Shown here: positions 28,801-43,800 of the stretch, in pieces
Numbering within the stretch: position 1 is the first letter of the stretch
Layout: each line of letters starts with the position of its first letter
NCBI GenBank assembly: GCA_964016885.1
Contig: OZ024754.1
Location: forward strand, 34,844,001 to 34,908,000
DNA length: 64,000 bases
DNA from: Eledone cirrhosa
Taxonomy: Eukaryota
Direction of reading: 5' to 3'
Notes under the pieces: generated by a model
Database searches by the model: none
Seen by the model: only the letters and a program-made list of their open reading frames with translations
What the model was told of the DNA's origin: nothing
Position numbers and translations under genes: made by a program

Positions 28801-31800
28801 AAACTAAAGAATGTAGATGAAGTGTATACAGAAAGAAACTAAAGAATGTAGATGAAGTGTATATAGAAAGAAACTAAAGAATGTAGATGAAGTGTATATA
28901 GAAAGAAACTAAAGAATGTTGATGAAGTGTATACAGAAAGAAACTAAAGAATGTAGATGAAGTGTATATAGAAAGGAACTAAAGAATGTTGATGAAGTGT
29001 ATATAGAAAGAAACTAAAGAATGTTGATGAAGTGTATATAGAAAGAAACTAAAGAATGTAGATGAAGTGTATATAGAAAGAAACTAAAGAATGTAGATGA
29101 AGTGTATACAGAAAGAAACTAAAGAATGTTGATGAAGTGTATACAGAAAGAAACTAAAGAATGTAGATGAAGTGTATATAGAAAGAAACTAAAGAATGTT
29201 GATGAAGTGTATATAGAAAGAAACTAAATAATGTAGATGAAGTGTATATAGAAAGAAACTAAAGAATGTAGATGAAGTGTATACAGAAAGAAACTAAAGA
29301 ATGTTGATGAAGTGTATACAGAAAGAAACTAAAGAATGTAGATGAAGTGTATATAGAAAGAAACTAAAGAATGTTGATGAAGTGTATATAGAAATAAACT
29401 AAAGAATGTTGATGAAGTGTATATAGAAAGAAACTAAAGAATGTAGATGAAGTGTATATAGAAAGAAACTAAAGAATGTAGATGAAGTGTATACAGAAAG
29501 AAACTAAAGAATGTTGATGAAGTGTATACAGAAAGAAACTAAAGAATGTAGATAAAGTGTATATAGAAAGAAACTAAAGAATGTAGATGTAGTGTATATA
29601 GAAAGAAACTAAAGAATGTTGATGAAGTGTATACAGAAAGAAACTAAAGAATGTAGATGAAGTGTATATAGAAAGAAACTAAAGAATGTAGATGAACTGT
29701 ATACAGAAAGAAACTAAAGAATGTAGATGAAGTGTATATAGAAAGAAACTAAAGAATGTTGATGAAGTGTATATAGAAAGAAACTAAAGAATGTAGATGA
29801 AGTGTATATAGAAAGAAACTAAAGAATGTAGATGTAGTGTATATAGAAAGAAACTAAAGAATGTTGATGAAGTGTATATAGAAAGAAACTAAAGAATGTA
29901 GATGAAGTGTATATAGAAAGAAACTAAAGAATGTAGATGAAGTGTATACAGAATGAAACTAAAGAATGTAGATGAAGTGTATACAGAAAGAAACTAAAGA
30001 ATGTTGATGAAGTGTATATAGAAAGAAACTAAAGAATGTTGATGAAGTGTATACAGAAAGAAACTAAAGAATGTAGATGAAGTGTATATAGAAAGAAACT
30101 AAAGAATGTAGATGTAGTGTATATAGAAAGAAACTAAAGAATGTAGATGAAGTGTATATAGAAAGAAACTAAAGAATGTAGATGTAGTGTATATAGAAAG
30201 AAACTAAAGAATGTTGATGAAGTGTATATAGAAAGAAACTAAAGAATGTAGATGAAGTGTATACAGAAAGAAACTAAAGAATGTAGATGAAGTGTATACA
30301 GAAGGAAACTAAAGAATGTTGATGAAGTGTATACAGAAAGAAACTAAAGAATGTTGATGAAGTGTATACAGAAAGAAACTAAAGAATGTTGATGAAGTGT
30401 ATACAGAAAGAAACTAAAGAATGTAGATGAAGTGTATACAGAAAGAAACTAAAGAATGTAGATGTAGTGTATATAGAAAGAAACTAAAGAATGTAGATGA
30501 AGTGTATACAGAATGAAACTAAAGAATGTAGATGAAGTGTATACAGAAAGAAACTAAAGAATGTTGATGAAGTGTATATAGAAAGAAACTAAAGAATGTT
30601 GATGAAGTGTATACAGAAAGAAACTAAAGAATGTAGATGAAGTGTATATAGAAAGAAACTAAAGAATGTAGATGTAGTGTATATAGAAAGAAACTAAAGA
30701 ATGTAGATGAAGTGTATATAGAAAGAAACTAAAGAATGTAGATGTAGTGTATATAGAAAGAAACTAAAGAATGTTGATGAAGTGTATATAGAAAGAAACT
30801 AAAGAATGTTGATGAAGTGTATATAGAAAGAAACTAAAGAATGTAAATGAAGTGTATACAGAAAGAAACTAAAGAATGTAGATGAAGTGTATACAGAAAG
30901 AAACTAAAGAATGTTGATGAAGTGTATACAGAAAGAAACTAAAGAATGTAGATGAAGTGTATATAGAAAGAAACTAAAGAATGTTGATGAAGTGTATATA
31001 GAAAGAAACTAAAGAATGTTGATGAAGTGTATATAGAAAGAAACTAAAGAATGTAGATGAAGTGTATATAGAAAGAAACTAAAGAATGTAGATGAAGTGT
31101 ATACAGAAAGAAACTAAAGTATGTTGATGAAGTGTATACAGAAAGAAACTAAAGAATGTAGATGAAGTGTATATAGAAAGAAACTAAAGAATGTTGATGA
31201 AGTGTATATAGAAAGAAACTAAATAATGTAGATGAAGTGTATATAGAAAGAAACTAAAGAATGTAGATGAAGTGTATACAGAAAGAAACTAAAGAATGTA
31301 GATGAAGTGTATATAGAAAGAAACTAAAGAATGTTGATGAAGTGTATATAGAAATAAACTAAAGAATGTTGATGAAGTGTATATAGAAAGAAACTAAAGA
31401 ATGTAGATGAAGTGTATATAGAAAGAAACTAAAGAATGTAGATGAAGTGTATACAGAAAGAAACTAAAGAATGTTGATGAAGTGTATACAGAAAGAAACT
31501 AAAGAATGTAGATGAAGTGTATATAGAAAGAAACTAAAGAATGTAGATGTAGTGTATATAGAAAGAAACTAAAGAATGTTGATGAAGTGTATACAGAAAG
31601 AAACTAAAGAATGTAGATGAAGTGTATATAGAAAGAAACTAAAGAATGTAGATGTAGTGTATATAGAAAGAAACTAAAGAATGTTGATGAAGTGTATACA
31701 GAAAGAAACTAAAGAATGTAGATGATGTGTATATAGAAAGAAACTAAAGAATGTTGATGAAGTGTATATAGAAAGAAACTAAATAATGTAGATGAAGTGT

Positions 31801-34699
31801 ATACAGAAAGAAACTAAAGAATGTAGATGAAGTGTATACAGAAAGAAACTAAAGAATGTTGATGAAGTGTATACATAAAGAAACTAAAGAATGTAGATGA
31901 AGTGTATATAGAAAGAAACTAAAGAATGTAGATGAAGTGTATATAGAAAGAAACTAAAGAATGTAGATGTAGTGTATATAGAAAGAAACTAAAGAATGTT
32001 GATGAAGTGTATACAGAAAGAAACTAAAGAATGTAGATGAAGTGTATATAGAAAGAAACTAAAGAATGTAGATGAACTGTATACAGAAAGAAACTAAAGA
32101 ATGTAGATGAAGTGTATATAGAAAGAAACTAAAGAATGTTGATGAAGTGTATATAGAAAGAAACTAAAGAATGTAGATGAAGTGTATATAGAAAGAAACT
32201 AAAGAATGTAGATGTAGTGTATATAGAAAGAAACTAAAGAATGTTGATGAAGTGTATATAGAAAGAAACTAAAGAATGTAGATGAAGTGTATATAGAAAG
32301 AAACTAAAGAATGTAGATGAAGTGTATACAGAATGAAACTAAAGAATGTAGATGAAGTGTATACAGAAAGAAACTAAAGAATGTTGATGAAGTGTATATA
32401 GAAAGAAACTAAAGAATGTTGATGAAGTGTATACAGAAAGAAACTAAAGAATGTAGATGAAGTGTATATAGAAAGAAACTAAAGAATGTAGATGTAGTGT
32501 ATATAGAAAGAAACTAAAGAATGTAGATGAAGTGTATATAGAAAGAAACTAAAGAATGTAGATGTAGTGTATATAGAAAGAAACTAAAGAATGTTGATGA
32601 AGTGTATATAGAAAGAAACTAAAGAATGTTGATGAAGTGTATATAGAAAGTAACTAAAGAATGTAGATGAAGTGTATACAGAAAGAAACTAAAGAATGTA
32701 GATGAAGTGTATACAGAAGGAAAATAAAGAATGTTGATGAAGTGTATACAGAAAGAAACTAAAGAATGTTGATGAAGTGTATACAGAAAGAAACTAAAGA
32801 ATGTTGATGAAGTGTATACAGAAAGAAACTAAAGAATGTAGATGAAGTGTATACAGAAAGAAACTAAAGAATGTAGATGTAGTGTATATAGAAAGAAACT
32901 AAAGAATGTAGATGAAGTGTATACAGAATGAAACTAAAGAATGTAGATGAAGTGTATACAGAAAGAAACTAAAGAATGTTGATGAAGTGTATATAGAAAG
33001 AAACTAAAGAATGTTGATGAAGTGTATACAGAAAGAAACTAAAGAATGTAGATGAAGTGTATATAGAAAGAAACTAAAGAATGTAGATGTAGTGTATATA
33101 GAAAGAAACTAAAGAATGTAGATGAAGTGTATATAGAAAGAAACTAAAGAATGTAGATGTAGTGTACATAGAAAGAAACTAAAGAATGTTGATGAAGTGT
33201 ATATAGAAAGAAACTAAAGAATGTTGATGAAGTGTATATAGAAAGAAACTAAAGAATGTAGATGAAGTGTATACAGAAAGAAACTAAAGAATGTAGATGA
33301 AGTGTATACAGAAAGAAACTAAAGAATGTTGATGAAGTGTATACAGAAAGAAACTAAAGAATGTTGATGAAGTGTATACAGAAAGAAACTAAAGAATGTT
33401 GATGAAGTGTATACAGAAAGAAACTAAAGAATGTAGATGAAGTGTATACAGAAAGAAACTAAAGAATGTAGATGTAGTGTATATAGAAAGAAACTAAAGA
33501 ATGTAGATGAAGTGTATATAGAAAGAAACTAAAGAATGTTGATGAAGTGTATATAGAAATAAACTAAAGAATGTTGATGAAGTGTATATAGAAAGAAACT
33601 AAAGAATGTAGATGAAGTGTATATAGAAAGAAACTAAAGAATGTAGATGAAGTGTATACAGAAAGAAACTAAAGAATGTTGATGAAGTGTATACAGAAAG
33701 AAACTAAAGAATGTAGATGAAGTGTATATAGAAAGAAACTAAAGAATGTAGATGTAGTGTATATAGAAAGAAACTGAAGAATGTTGATGAAGTGTATACA
33801 GAAAGAAACTAAAGAATGTAGATGAAGTGTATACAGAAAGAAACTAAAGAATGTAGATGAAGTGTATATAGAAAGAAACTAAAGAATGTTGATGAAGTGT
33901 ATATAGAAAGAAACTAAAGAATGTAGATGAAGTGTATATAGAAAGAAACTAAAGAATGTAGATGTAGTGTATATAGAAAGAAACTAAAGAATGTTGATGA
34001 AGTGTATATAGAAAGAAACTAAAGAATGTAGATGAAGTGTATATAGAAAGAAACTAAAGAATGTAGATGAAGTGTATACAGAATGAAACTAAAGAATGTA
34101 GATGAAGTGTATACAGAATGAAACTAAAGAATGTTGATGAAGTGTATATAGAAAGAAACTAAAGAATGTTGATGAAGTGTATACAGAAAGAAACTAAAGA
34201 ATGTAGATGAAGTGTATATAGAAAGAAACTAAAGAATGTAGATGTAGTGTATATAGAAAGAAACTAAAGAATGTAGATGAAGTGTATATAGAAAGAAACT
34301 AAAGAATGTAGATGTAGTGTATATAGAAAGAAACTAAAGAATGTTGATGAAGTGTATATAGAAAGAAACTAAAGAATGTTGATGAAGTGTATATAGAAAG
34401 AAACTAAAGAATGTAGATGAAGTGTATACAGAAAGAAACTAAAGAATGTAGATGAAGTGTATACAGAAAGAAACTAAAGAATGTTGATGAAGTGTATACA
34501 GAAAGAAACTAAAGAATGTTGATGAAGTGTATACAGAAAGAAACTAAAGAATGTTGATGAAGTGTATACAGAAAGAAACTAAAGAATGTAGATGTAGTGT
34601 ATATAGAAAGAAACTAAAGAATGTAGATGAAGTGTATACAGAATGAAACTAAAGAATGTAGATGAAGTGTATACAGAAAGAAACTAAAGAATGTTGATG

Positions 34700-37600
34700 A
34701 AGTGTATATAGAAAGAAACTAAAGAATGTAGATGTAGTGTATATAGAAAGAAACTAAAGAATGTAGATGAAGTGTATATAGAAAGAAACTAAAGAATGTA
34801 GATGTAGTGTATATAGAAAGAAACTAAAGAATGTTGATGAAGTGTATATAGAAAGAAACTAAAGAATGTTGATGAAGTGTATATAGAAAGAAACTAAAGA
34901 ATGTAGATGAAGTGTATACAGAAAGAAACTAAAGAATGTAGATGAAGTGTATACAGAAAGAAACTAAAGAATGTTGATGAAGTGTATACAGAAAGAAACT
35001 AAAGAATGTTGATGAAGTGTATACAGAAAGAAACTAAAGAATGTTGATGAAGTGTATACAGAAAGAAACTAAAGAATGTAGATGAAGTGTATACAGAAAG
35101 AAATTAAAGAATGTAGATGAAGTGTATACAGAAAGAAACTAAAGAATGTAGATAAAGTGTATACAGAAAGAAACTAAAGAATGTAGATGAAGCGTATACA
35201 GAAAGAAACTAAAGAATGTTGATGAAGTGTATACAGAATGAAACTAAAGAATGTTGATGAAGTGTATATAGAAAGAAACTAAAGAATGTTGATGAAGTGT
35301 ATATAGAAAGAAACTAAAGAATGTAGATGAAGTGTATACAGAAAGAAACTAAAGAATGTTGATGAAGTGTATATAGAAAGAAACTAAATAATGTTGATGA
35401 AGTGTATACAGAAAGAAACTAAAGAATGTTGATGAAGTGTATACAGAAAGAAACTAAAGAATGTAGATGAAGTGTATACAGAAAGAAACTAAAGAATGTT
35501 GATGAAGTGTATACAGAAAGAAACTAAAGAATGTTGATGAAGTGTATACAGAAAGAAACTAAAGAATGTAGATGAAGTGTATATAGAAAGAAACTAAAGA
35601 ATGTTGATGAAGTGTATATAGAAAGAAACTAAAGAATGTTGATGAAGTGTATATAGAAAGAAACTAAAGAATGTAGATGAAGTGTAAATAGAAAGAAACT
35701 AAAGAATGTAGATGAAGTGTATACAGAAAGAAACTAAAGAATGTTGATGAAGTGTATATAGAAAGAAACTAAAGAATGTAGATGAAGTGTATATAGAAAG
35801 AAACTAAAGAATGTTGATGAAGTGTATATAGAAAGAAACTAAAGAATGTTGATGAAGTGTATATAGAAAAAAACTAAAGAATGTAGATGAAGTGTATATA
35901 GAAAGAAACTAAAGAATGTAGATGAAGTGTATACAGAAAGAAACTAAAGAATGTTGATGAAGTGTATACAGAAAGAAACTAAAGAATGTAGATGAAGTGT
36001 ATATAGAAAGAAACTAAAGAATGTTGATGAAGTGTATATAGAAAGAAACTAAAGAATGTAGATGTAGTGTATATAGAAAGAAACTAAAGAATGTTGATGA
36101 AGTGTATATAGAAAGAAACTAAATAATGTTGATGAAGTGTATACAGAAAGAAACTAAAGAATGTAGATGAAGTGTATATAGAAAGAAACTAAAGAATATT
36201 AATAAAGTGTATATAGAAAGAAACTAAAGAATGTTGATGAAGTGTATATAGAAAGAAACTAAAGAATGTAGATGAAGTGTATATAGAAAGAAACTAAAGA
36301 ATGTTGATGAAGTGTATATAGAAAGAAACTAAAGAATGTTGATGAAGTGTATATAGAAAGAAACTAAAGAATGTAGATGAAGTGTATATAGAAAGAAACT
36401 AAAGAATGTAGATGAAGTGTATACAGAAAGAAACTAAAGAATGTTGATGAAGTGTATACAGAAAGAAACTAAAGAATGTAGATGAAGTGTATATAGAAAG
36501 AAACTAAAGAATGTTGATGAAGTGTATATAGAAAGAAACTAAAGAATGTTGATGAAGTGTATATAGAAAGAAACTAAAGAATGTAGATGAAGTGTATATA
36601 GAAAGAAACTAAAGAATGTAGATGAAGTGTATACAGAAAGAAACTAAAGAATGTTGATGAAGTGTATACAGAAAGAAACTAAAGAATGTAGATGAAGTGT
36701 ATATAGAAAGAAACTAAAGAATGTTGATGAAGTGTATATAGAAAGAAACTAAAGAATGTAGATGAAGTGTATATAGAAAGAAACTAAAGAATGTAGATGA
36801 AGTGTATACAGAAAGAAACTAAAGAATGTTGATGAAGTGTATACAGAAACAAACTAAAGAATGTAGATGAGGTGTATATAGAAAGAAACTAAAGAATGTT
36901 GATGAAGTGTATATAGAATTAAACTAAAGAATGTTGATGAAGTGTATATAGAAAGAAACTAAAGAATGTAGATGAAGTGTATATAGAAAGAAACTAAAGA
37001 ATGTAGATGAAGTGTATACAGAAAGAAACTAAAGAATGTTGATGAAGTGTATACAGAAAGAAACTAAAGAATGTAGATGAAGTGTATATAGAAAGAAACT
37101 AAAGAATGTAGATGTAGTGTATATAGAAAGAAACTAAAGAATGTTGATGAAGTGTATACAGAAAGAAACTAAAGAATGTAGATGAAGTGTATATAGAAAG
37201 AAACTAAAGAATGTAGATGAAGTGTATACAGAAAGAAACTAAAGAATGTAGATGAAGTGTATATAGAAAGAAACTAAAGAATGTTGATGAAGTGTATATA
37301 GAAAGAAACTAAAGAATGTAGATGAAGTGTATATAGAAAGAAACTAAAGAACGTAGATGTAGTGTATATAGAAAGAAACTAAAGAATGTAGATGAAGTGT
37401 ATACAGAAAGAAACTAAAGAATGTTGATGAAGTGTATATAGAAAGAAACTAAAGAATGTTGATGAAGTGTATACAGAAAGAAACTAAGGAATGTAGATGA
37501 AGTGTATACAGAAAGAAACTAAAGAATGTTGATGAAGTGTATATAGAAAGAAACTAAAGAATGTTGATGAAGTGTATACAGAAAGAAACTAAGGAATGTA

Positions 37601-40600
37601 GATGAAGTGTATATAGAAAGAAACTAAAGAATGTAGATGTAGTGTATATTGAAAGAAACTAAAGAATGTAGATGAAGTGTATATAGAAAGAAACTAAAGA
37701 ATGTAGATGTAGTGTATATAGAAAGAAACTAAAGAATGTTGATGAAGTGTATATAGAAAGAAACTAAAGAATGTTGATGAAGTGTATATAGAAAGAAACT
37801 AAAGAATGTAGATGAAGTGTATACAGAAAGAAACTAAAGAATGTAGATGAAGTGTATACAGAAAGAAACTAAAGAATGTTGATGAAGTGTATACAGAAAG
37901 AAACTAAAGAATGTTGATGAAGTGTATACAGAAAGAAACTAAAGAATGTTGATGAAGTGTATACAGAAAGAAACTAAAGAATGTAGATGTAGTGTATATA
38001 GAAAGAAACTAAAGAATGTAGATGAAGTGTATACAGAATGAAACTAAAGAATGTAGATGAAGTGTATACAGAAAGAAACTAAAGAATGTTGATGAAGTGT
38101 ATATAGAAAGAAACTAAAGAATGTTGATGAAGTGTATACAGAAAGAAACTAAAGAATGTAGATGAAGTGTATATAGAAAGAAACTAAAGAATGTAGATGT
38201 AGTGTATATAGAAAGAAACTAAAGAATGTAGATGAAGTGTATATAGAAAGAAACTAAAGAATGTAGATGTAGTGTATATAGAAAGAAACTAAAGAATGTT
38301 GATGAAGTGTATATAGAAAGAAACTAAAGAATGTTGATGAAGTGTATATAGAAAGAAACTAAAGAATGTAGATGAAGTGTATACAGAAAGAAACTAAAGA
38401 ATGTAGATGAAGTGTATACAGAAAGAAACTAAAGAATGTTGATGAAGTGTATACAGAAAGAAACTAAAGAATGTTGATGAAGTGTATACAGAAAGAAACT
38501 AAAGAATGTTGATGAAGTGTATACAGAAAGAAACTAAAGAATGTAGATGAAGTGTATACAGAAAGAAATTAAAGAATGTAGATGAAGTGTATACAGAAAG
38601 AAACTAAAGAATGTAGATGAAGTGTATACAGAAAGAAACTAAAGAATGTAGATGAAGCGTATACAGAAAGAAACTAAAGAATGTTGATGAAGTGTATACA
38701 GAATGAAACTAAAGAATGTTGATGAAGTGTATATAGAAAGAAACTAAAGAATGTTGATGAAGTGTATATAGAAAGAAACTAAAGAATGTAGATGAAGTGT
38801 ATACAGAAAGAAACTAAAGAATGTTGATGAAGTGTATATAGAAAGAAACTAAATAATGTTGATGAAGTGTATACAGAAAGAAACTAAAGAATGTTGATGA
38901 AGTGTATACAGAAAAAAACTAAAGAATGTAGATGAAGTGTATACAGAAAGAAACTAAAGAATGTTGATGAAGTGTATACAGAAAGAAACTAAAGAATGTT
39001 GATGAAGTGTATACAGAAAGAAACTAAAGAATGTAGATGAAGTGTATATAGAAAGAAACTAAAGAATGTTGATGAAGTGTATATAGAAAGAAACTAAAGA
39101 ATGTTGATGAAGTGTATATAGAAAGAAACTAAAGAATGTAGATGAAGTGTAAATAGAAAGAAACTAAAGAATGTAGATGAAGTGTATACAGAAAGAAACT
39201 AAAGAATGTTGATGAAGTGTATATAGAAAGAAACTAAAGAATGTAGATGAAGTGTATATAGAAAGAAACTAAAGAATGTTGATGAAGTGTATATAGAAAG
39301 AAACTAAAGAATGTTGATGAAGTGTATATAGAAAAAAACTAAAGAATGTAGATGAAGTGTATATAGAAAGAAACTAAAGAATGTAGATGAAGTGTATACA
39401 GAAAGAAACTAAAGAATGTTGATGAAGTGTATACAGAAAGAAACTAAAGAATGTAGATGAAGTGTATATAGAAAGAAACTAAAGAATGTTGATGAAGTGT
39501 ATATAGAAAGAAACTAAAGAATGTAGATGTAGTGTATATAGAAAGAAACTAAAGAATGTTGATGAAGTGTATATAGAAAGAAACTAAATAATGTTGATGA
39601 AGTGTATACAGAAAGAAACTAAAGAATGTAGATGAAGTGTATATAGAAAGAAACTAAAGAATATTAATAAAGTGTATATAGAAAGAAACTAAAGAATGTT
39701 GATGAAGTGTATATAGAAAGAAACTAAAGAATGTAGATGAAGTGTATATAGAAAGAAACTAAAGAATGTTGATGAAGTGTATATAGAAAGAAACTAAAGA
39801 ATGTTGATGAAGTGTATATAGAAAGAAACTAAAGAATGTAGATGAAGTGTATATAGAAAGAAACTAAAGAATGTAGATGAAGTGTATACAGAAAGAAACT
39901 AAAGAATGTTGATGAAGTGTATACAGAAAGAAACTAAAGAATGTAGATGAAGTGTATATAGAAAGAAACTAAAGAATGTTGATGAAGTGTATATAGAAAG
40001 AAACTAAAGAATGTTGATGAAGTGTATATAGAAAGAAACTAAAGAATGTAGATGAAGTGTATATAGAAAGAAACTAAAGAATGTAGATGAAGTGTATACA
40101 GAAAGAAACTAAAGAATGTTGATGAAGTGTATACAGAAAGAAACTAAAGAATGTAGATGAAGTGTATATAGAAAGAAACTAAAGAATGTTGATGAAGTGT
40201 ATATAGAAAGAAACTAAAGAATGTAGATGAAGTGTATATAGAAAGAAACTAAAGAATGTAGATGAAGTGTATACAGAAAGAAACTAAAGAATGTTGATGA
40301 AGTGTATACAGAAACAAACTAAAGAATGTAGATGAAGTGTATATAGAAAGAAACTAAAGAATGTTGATGAAGTGTATATAGAATTAAACTAAAGAATGTT
40401 GATGAAGTGTATATAGAAAGAAACTAAAGAATGTAGATGAAGTGTATATAGAAAGAAACTAAAGAATGTAGATGAAGTGTATACAGAAAGAAACTAAAGA
40501 ATGTTGATGAAGTGTATACAGAAAGAAACTAAAGAATGTAGATGAAGTGTATATAGAAAGAAACTAAAGAATGTAGATGTAGTGTATATAGAAAGAAACT

Positions 40601-40840
40601 AAAGAATGTTGATGAAGTGTATACAGAAAGAAACTAAAGAATGTAGATGAAGTGTATATAGAAAGAAACTAAAGAATGTAGATGAAGTGTATACAGAAAG
40701 AAACTAAAGAATGTAGATGAAGTGTATATAGAAAGAAACTAAAGAATGTTGATGAAGTGTATATAGAAAGAAACTAAAGAATGTAGATGAAGTGTATATA
40801 GAAAGAAACTAAAGAATGTAGATGTAGTGTATATAGAAAG
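34700..40840. repeat. Block duplication, offset 3,465 bp (99 monomers)
   Basis: Markers pair at +3465: aaattaaag 35101/38566, agcgt 35191/38656, tattaataa 36197/39662, gaaacaaact 36846/40311. Confidence 0.85.
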
Positions 40841-43800
40841 AAACTAAAGAATGTTGATGAAGTGTATATAGAAAGAAACTAAAGAATGTAGATGAAGTGT
40901 ATATAGAAAGAAACTAAAGAATGTAGATGAAGTGTATACAGAATGAAACTAAAGAATGTAGATGAAGTGTATACAGAAAGAAACTAAAGAATGTTGATGA
41001 AGTGTATATAGAAAGAAACTAAAGAATGTTGATGAAGTGTATACAGAAAGAAACTAAGGAATGTAGATGAAGTGTATATAGAAAGAAACTAAAGAATGTA
41101 GATGTAGTGTATATTGAAAGAAACTAAAGAATGTAGATGAAGTGTATATAGAAAGAAACTAAAGAATGTAGATGTAGTGTATATAGAAAGAAACTAAAGA
41201 ATGTTGATGAAGTATATATAGAAAGAAACTAAAGAATGTTGATGAAGTGTATATAGAAAGAAACTAAAGAATGTAGATGAAGTGTATACAGAAAGAAACT
41301 AAAGAATGTAGATGAAGTGTATACAGAAAGAAACTAAAGAATGTTGATGAAGTGTATACAGAAAGAAACTAAAGAATGTAGATGAAGTGTATACAGAAAG
41401 AAACTAAAGAATGTTGATGAAGTGTATACAGAAAGAAACTAAAGAATGTTGATGAAGTGTATACAGAAAGAAACTAAAGAATGTAGATGAAGTGTATATA
41501 GAAAGAAACTAAAGAATGTTGATGAAGTGTATATAGAAAGAAACTAAAGAATGTTGATGAAGTGTATATAGAAAGAAACTAAAGAATGTAGATGAAGTGT
41601 AAATAGAAAGAAACTAAAGAATGTAGATGAAGTGTATACAGAAAGAAACTAAAGAATGTTGATGAAGTGTATATAGAAAGAAACTAAAGAATGTAGATGA
41701 AGTGTATATAGAAAGAAACTAAAGAATGTTGATGAAGTGTATATAGAAAGAAACTAAAGAATGTTGATGAAGTGTATATAGAAAAAAACTAAAGAATGTA
41801 GATGAAGTGTATATAGAAAGAAACTAAAGAATGTAGATGAAGTGTATACAGAAAGAAACTAAAGAATGTTGATGAAGTGTATACAGAAAGAAACTAAAGA
41901 ATGTAGATGAAGTGTATATAGAAAGAAACTAAAGAATGTTGATGAAGTGTATATAGAAAGAAACTAAAGAATGTAGATGTAGTGTATATAGAAAGAAACT
42001 AAAGAATGTTGATGAAGTGTATATAGAAAGAAACTAAATAATGTTGATGAAGTGTATACAGAAAGAAACTAAAGAATGTAGATGAAGTGTATATAGAAAG
42101 AAACTAAAGAATATTAATAAAGTGTATATAGAAAGAAACTAAAGAATGTTGATGAAGTGTATATAGAAAGAAACTAAAGAATGTAGATGAAGTGTATATA
42201 GAAAGAAACTAAAGAATGTTGATGAAGTGTATATAGAAAGAAACTAAAGAATGTTGATGAAGTGTATATAGAAAGAAACTAAAGAATGTAGATGAAGTGT
42301 ATATAGAAAGAAACTAAAGAATGTAGATGAAGTGTATACAGAAAGAAACTAAAGAATGTTGATGAAGTGTATACAGAAAGAAACTAAAGAATGTAGATGA
42401 AGTGTATATAGAAAGAAACTAAAGAATGTTGATGAAGTGTATATAGAAAGAAACTAAAGAATGTTGATGAAGTGTATATAGAAAGAAACTAAAGAATGTA
42501 GATGAAGTGTATATAGAAAGAAACTAAAGAATATAGATGAAGTGTATACAGAAAGAAACTAAAGAATGTTGATGAAGTGTATACAGAAAGAAACTAAAGA
42601 ATGTAGATGAAGTGTATATAGAAAGAAACTAAAGAATGTTGATGAAGTGTATATAGAAAGAAACTAAAGAATGTAGATGAAGTGTATATAGAAAGAAACT
42701 AAAGAATGTAGATGAAGTGTATACAGAAAGAAACTAAAGAATGTTGATGAAGTGTATACAGAAACAAACTAAAGAATGTAGATGAAGTGTATATAGAAAG
42801 AAACTAAAGAATGTTGATGAAGTGTATATAGAATTAAACTAAAGAATGTTGATGAAGTGTATATAGAAAGAAACTAAAGAATGTAGATGAAGTGTATATA
42901 GAAAGAAACTAAAGAATGTAGATGAAGTGTATACAGAAAGAAACTAAAGAATGTTGATGAAGTGTATACAGAAAGAAACTAAAGAATGTAGATGAAGTGT
43001 ATATAGAAAGAAACTAAAGAATGTAGATGTAGTGTATATAGAAAGAAACTAAAGAATGTTGATGAAGTGTATACAGAAAGAAACTAAAGAATGTAGATGA
43101 AGTGTATATAGAAAGAAACTAAAGAATGTAGATGAAGTGTATACAGAAAGAAACTAAAGAATGTAGATGAAGTGTATATAGAAAGAAACTAAAGAATGTT
43201 GATGAAGTGTATATAGAAAGAAACTAAAGAATGTAGATGAAGTGTATATAGAAAGAAACTAAAGAATGTAGATGTAGTGTATATAGAAAGAAACTAAAGA
43301 ATGTTGATGAAGTGTATATAGAAAGAAACTAAAGAATGTAGATGAAGTGTATATAGAAAGAAACTAAAGAATGTAGATGAAGTGTATACAGAATGAAACT
43401 AAAGAATGTAGATGAAGTGTATACAGAAAGAAACTAAAGAATGTTGATGAAGTGTATATAGAAAGAAACTAAAGAATGTTGATGAAGTGTATACAGAAAG
43501 AAACTAAGGAATGTAGATGAAGTGTATATAGAAAGAAACTAAAGAATGTAGATGTAGTGTATATTGAAAGAAACTAAAGAATGTAGATGAAGTGTATATA
43601 GAAAGAAACTAAAGAATGTAGATGTAGTGTATATAGAAAGAAACTAAAGAATGTTGATGAAGTGTATATAGAAAGAAACTAAAGAATGTTGATGAAGTGT
43701 ATATAGAAAGAAACTAAAGAATGTAGATGAAGTGTATACAGAAAGAAACTAAAGAATGTAGATGAAGTGTATACAGAAAGAAACTAAAGAATGTTGATGA

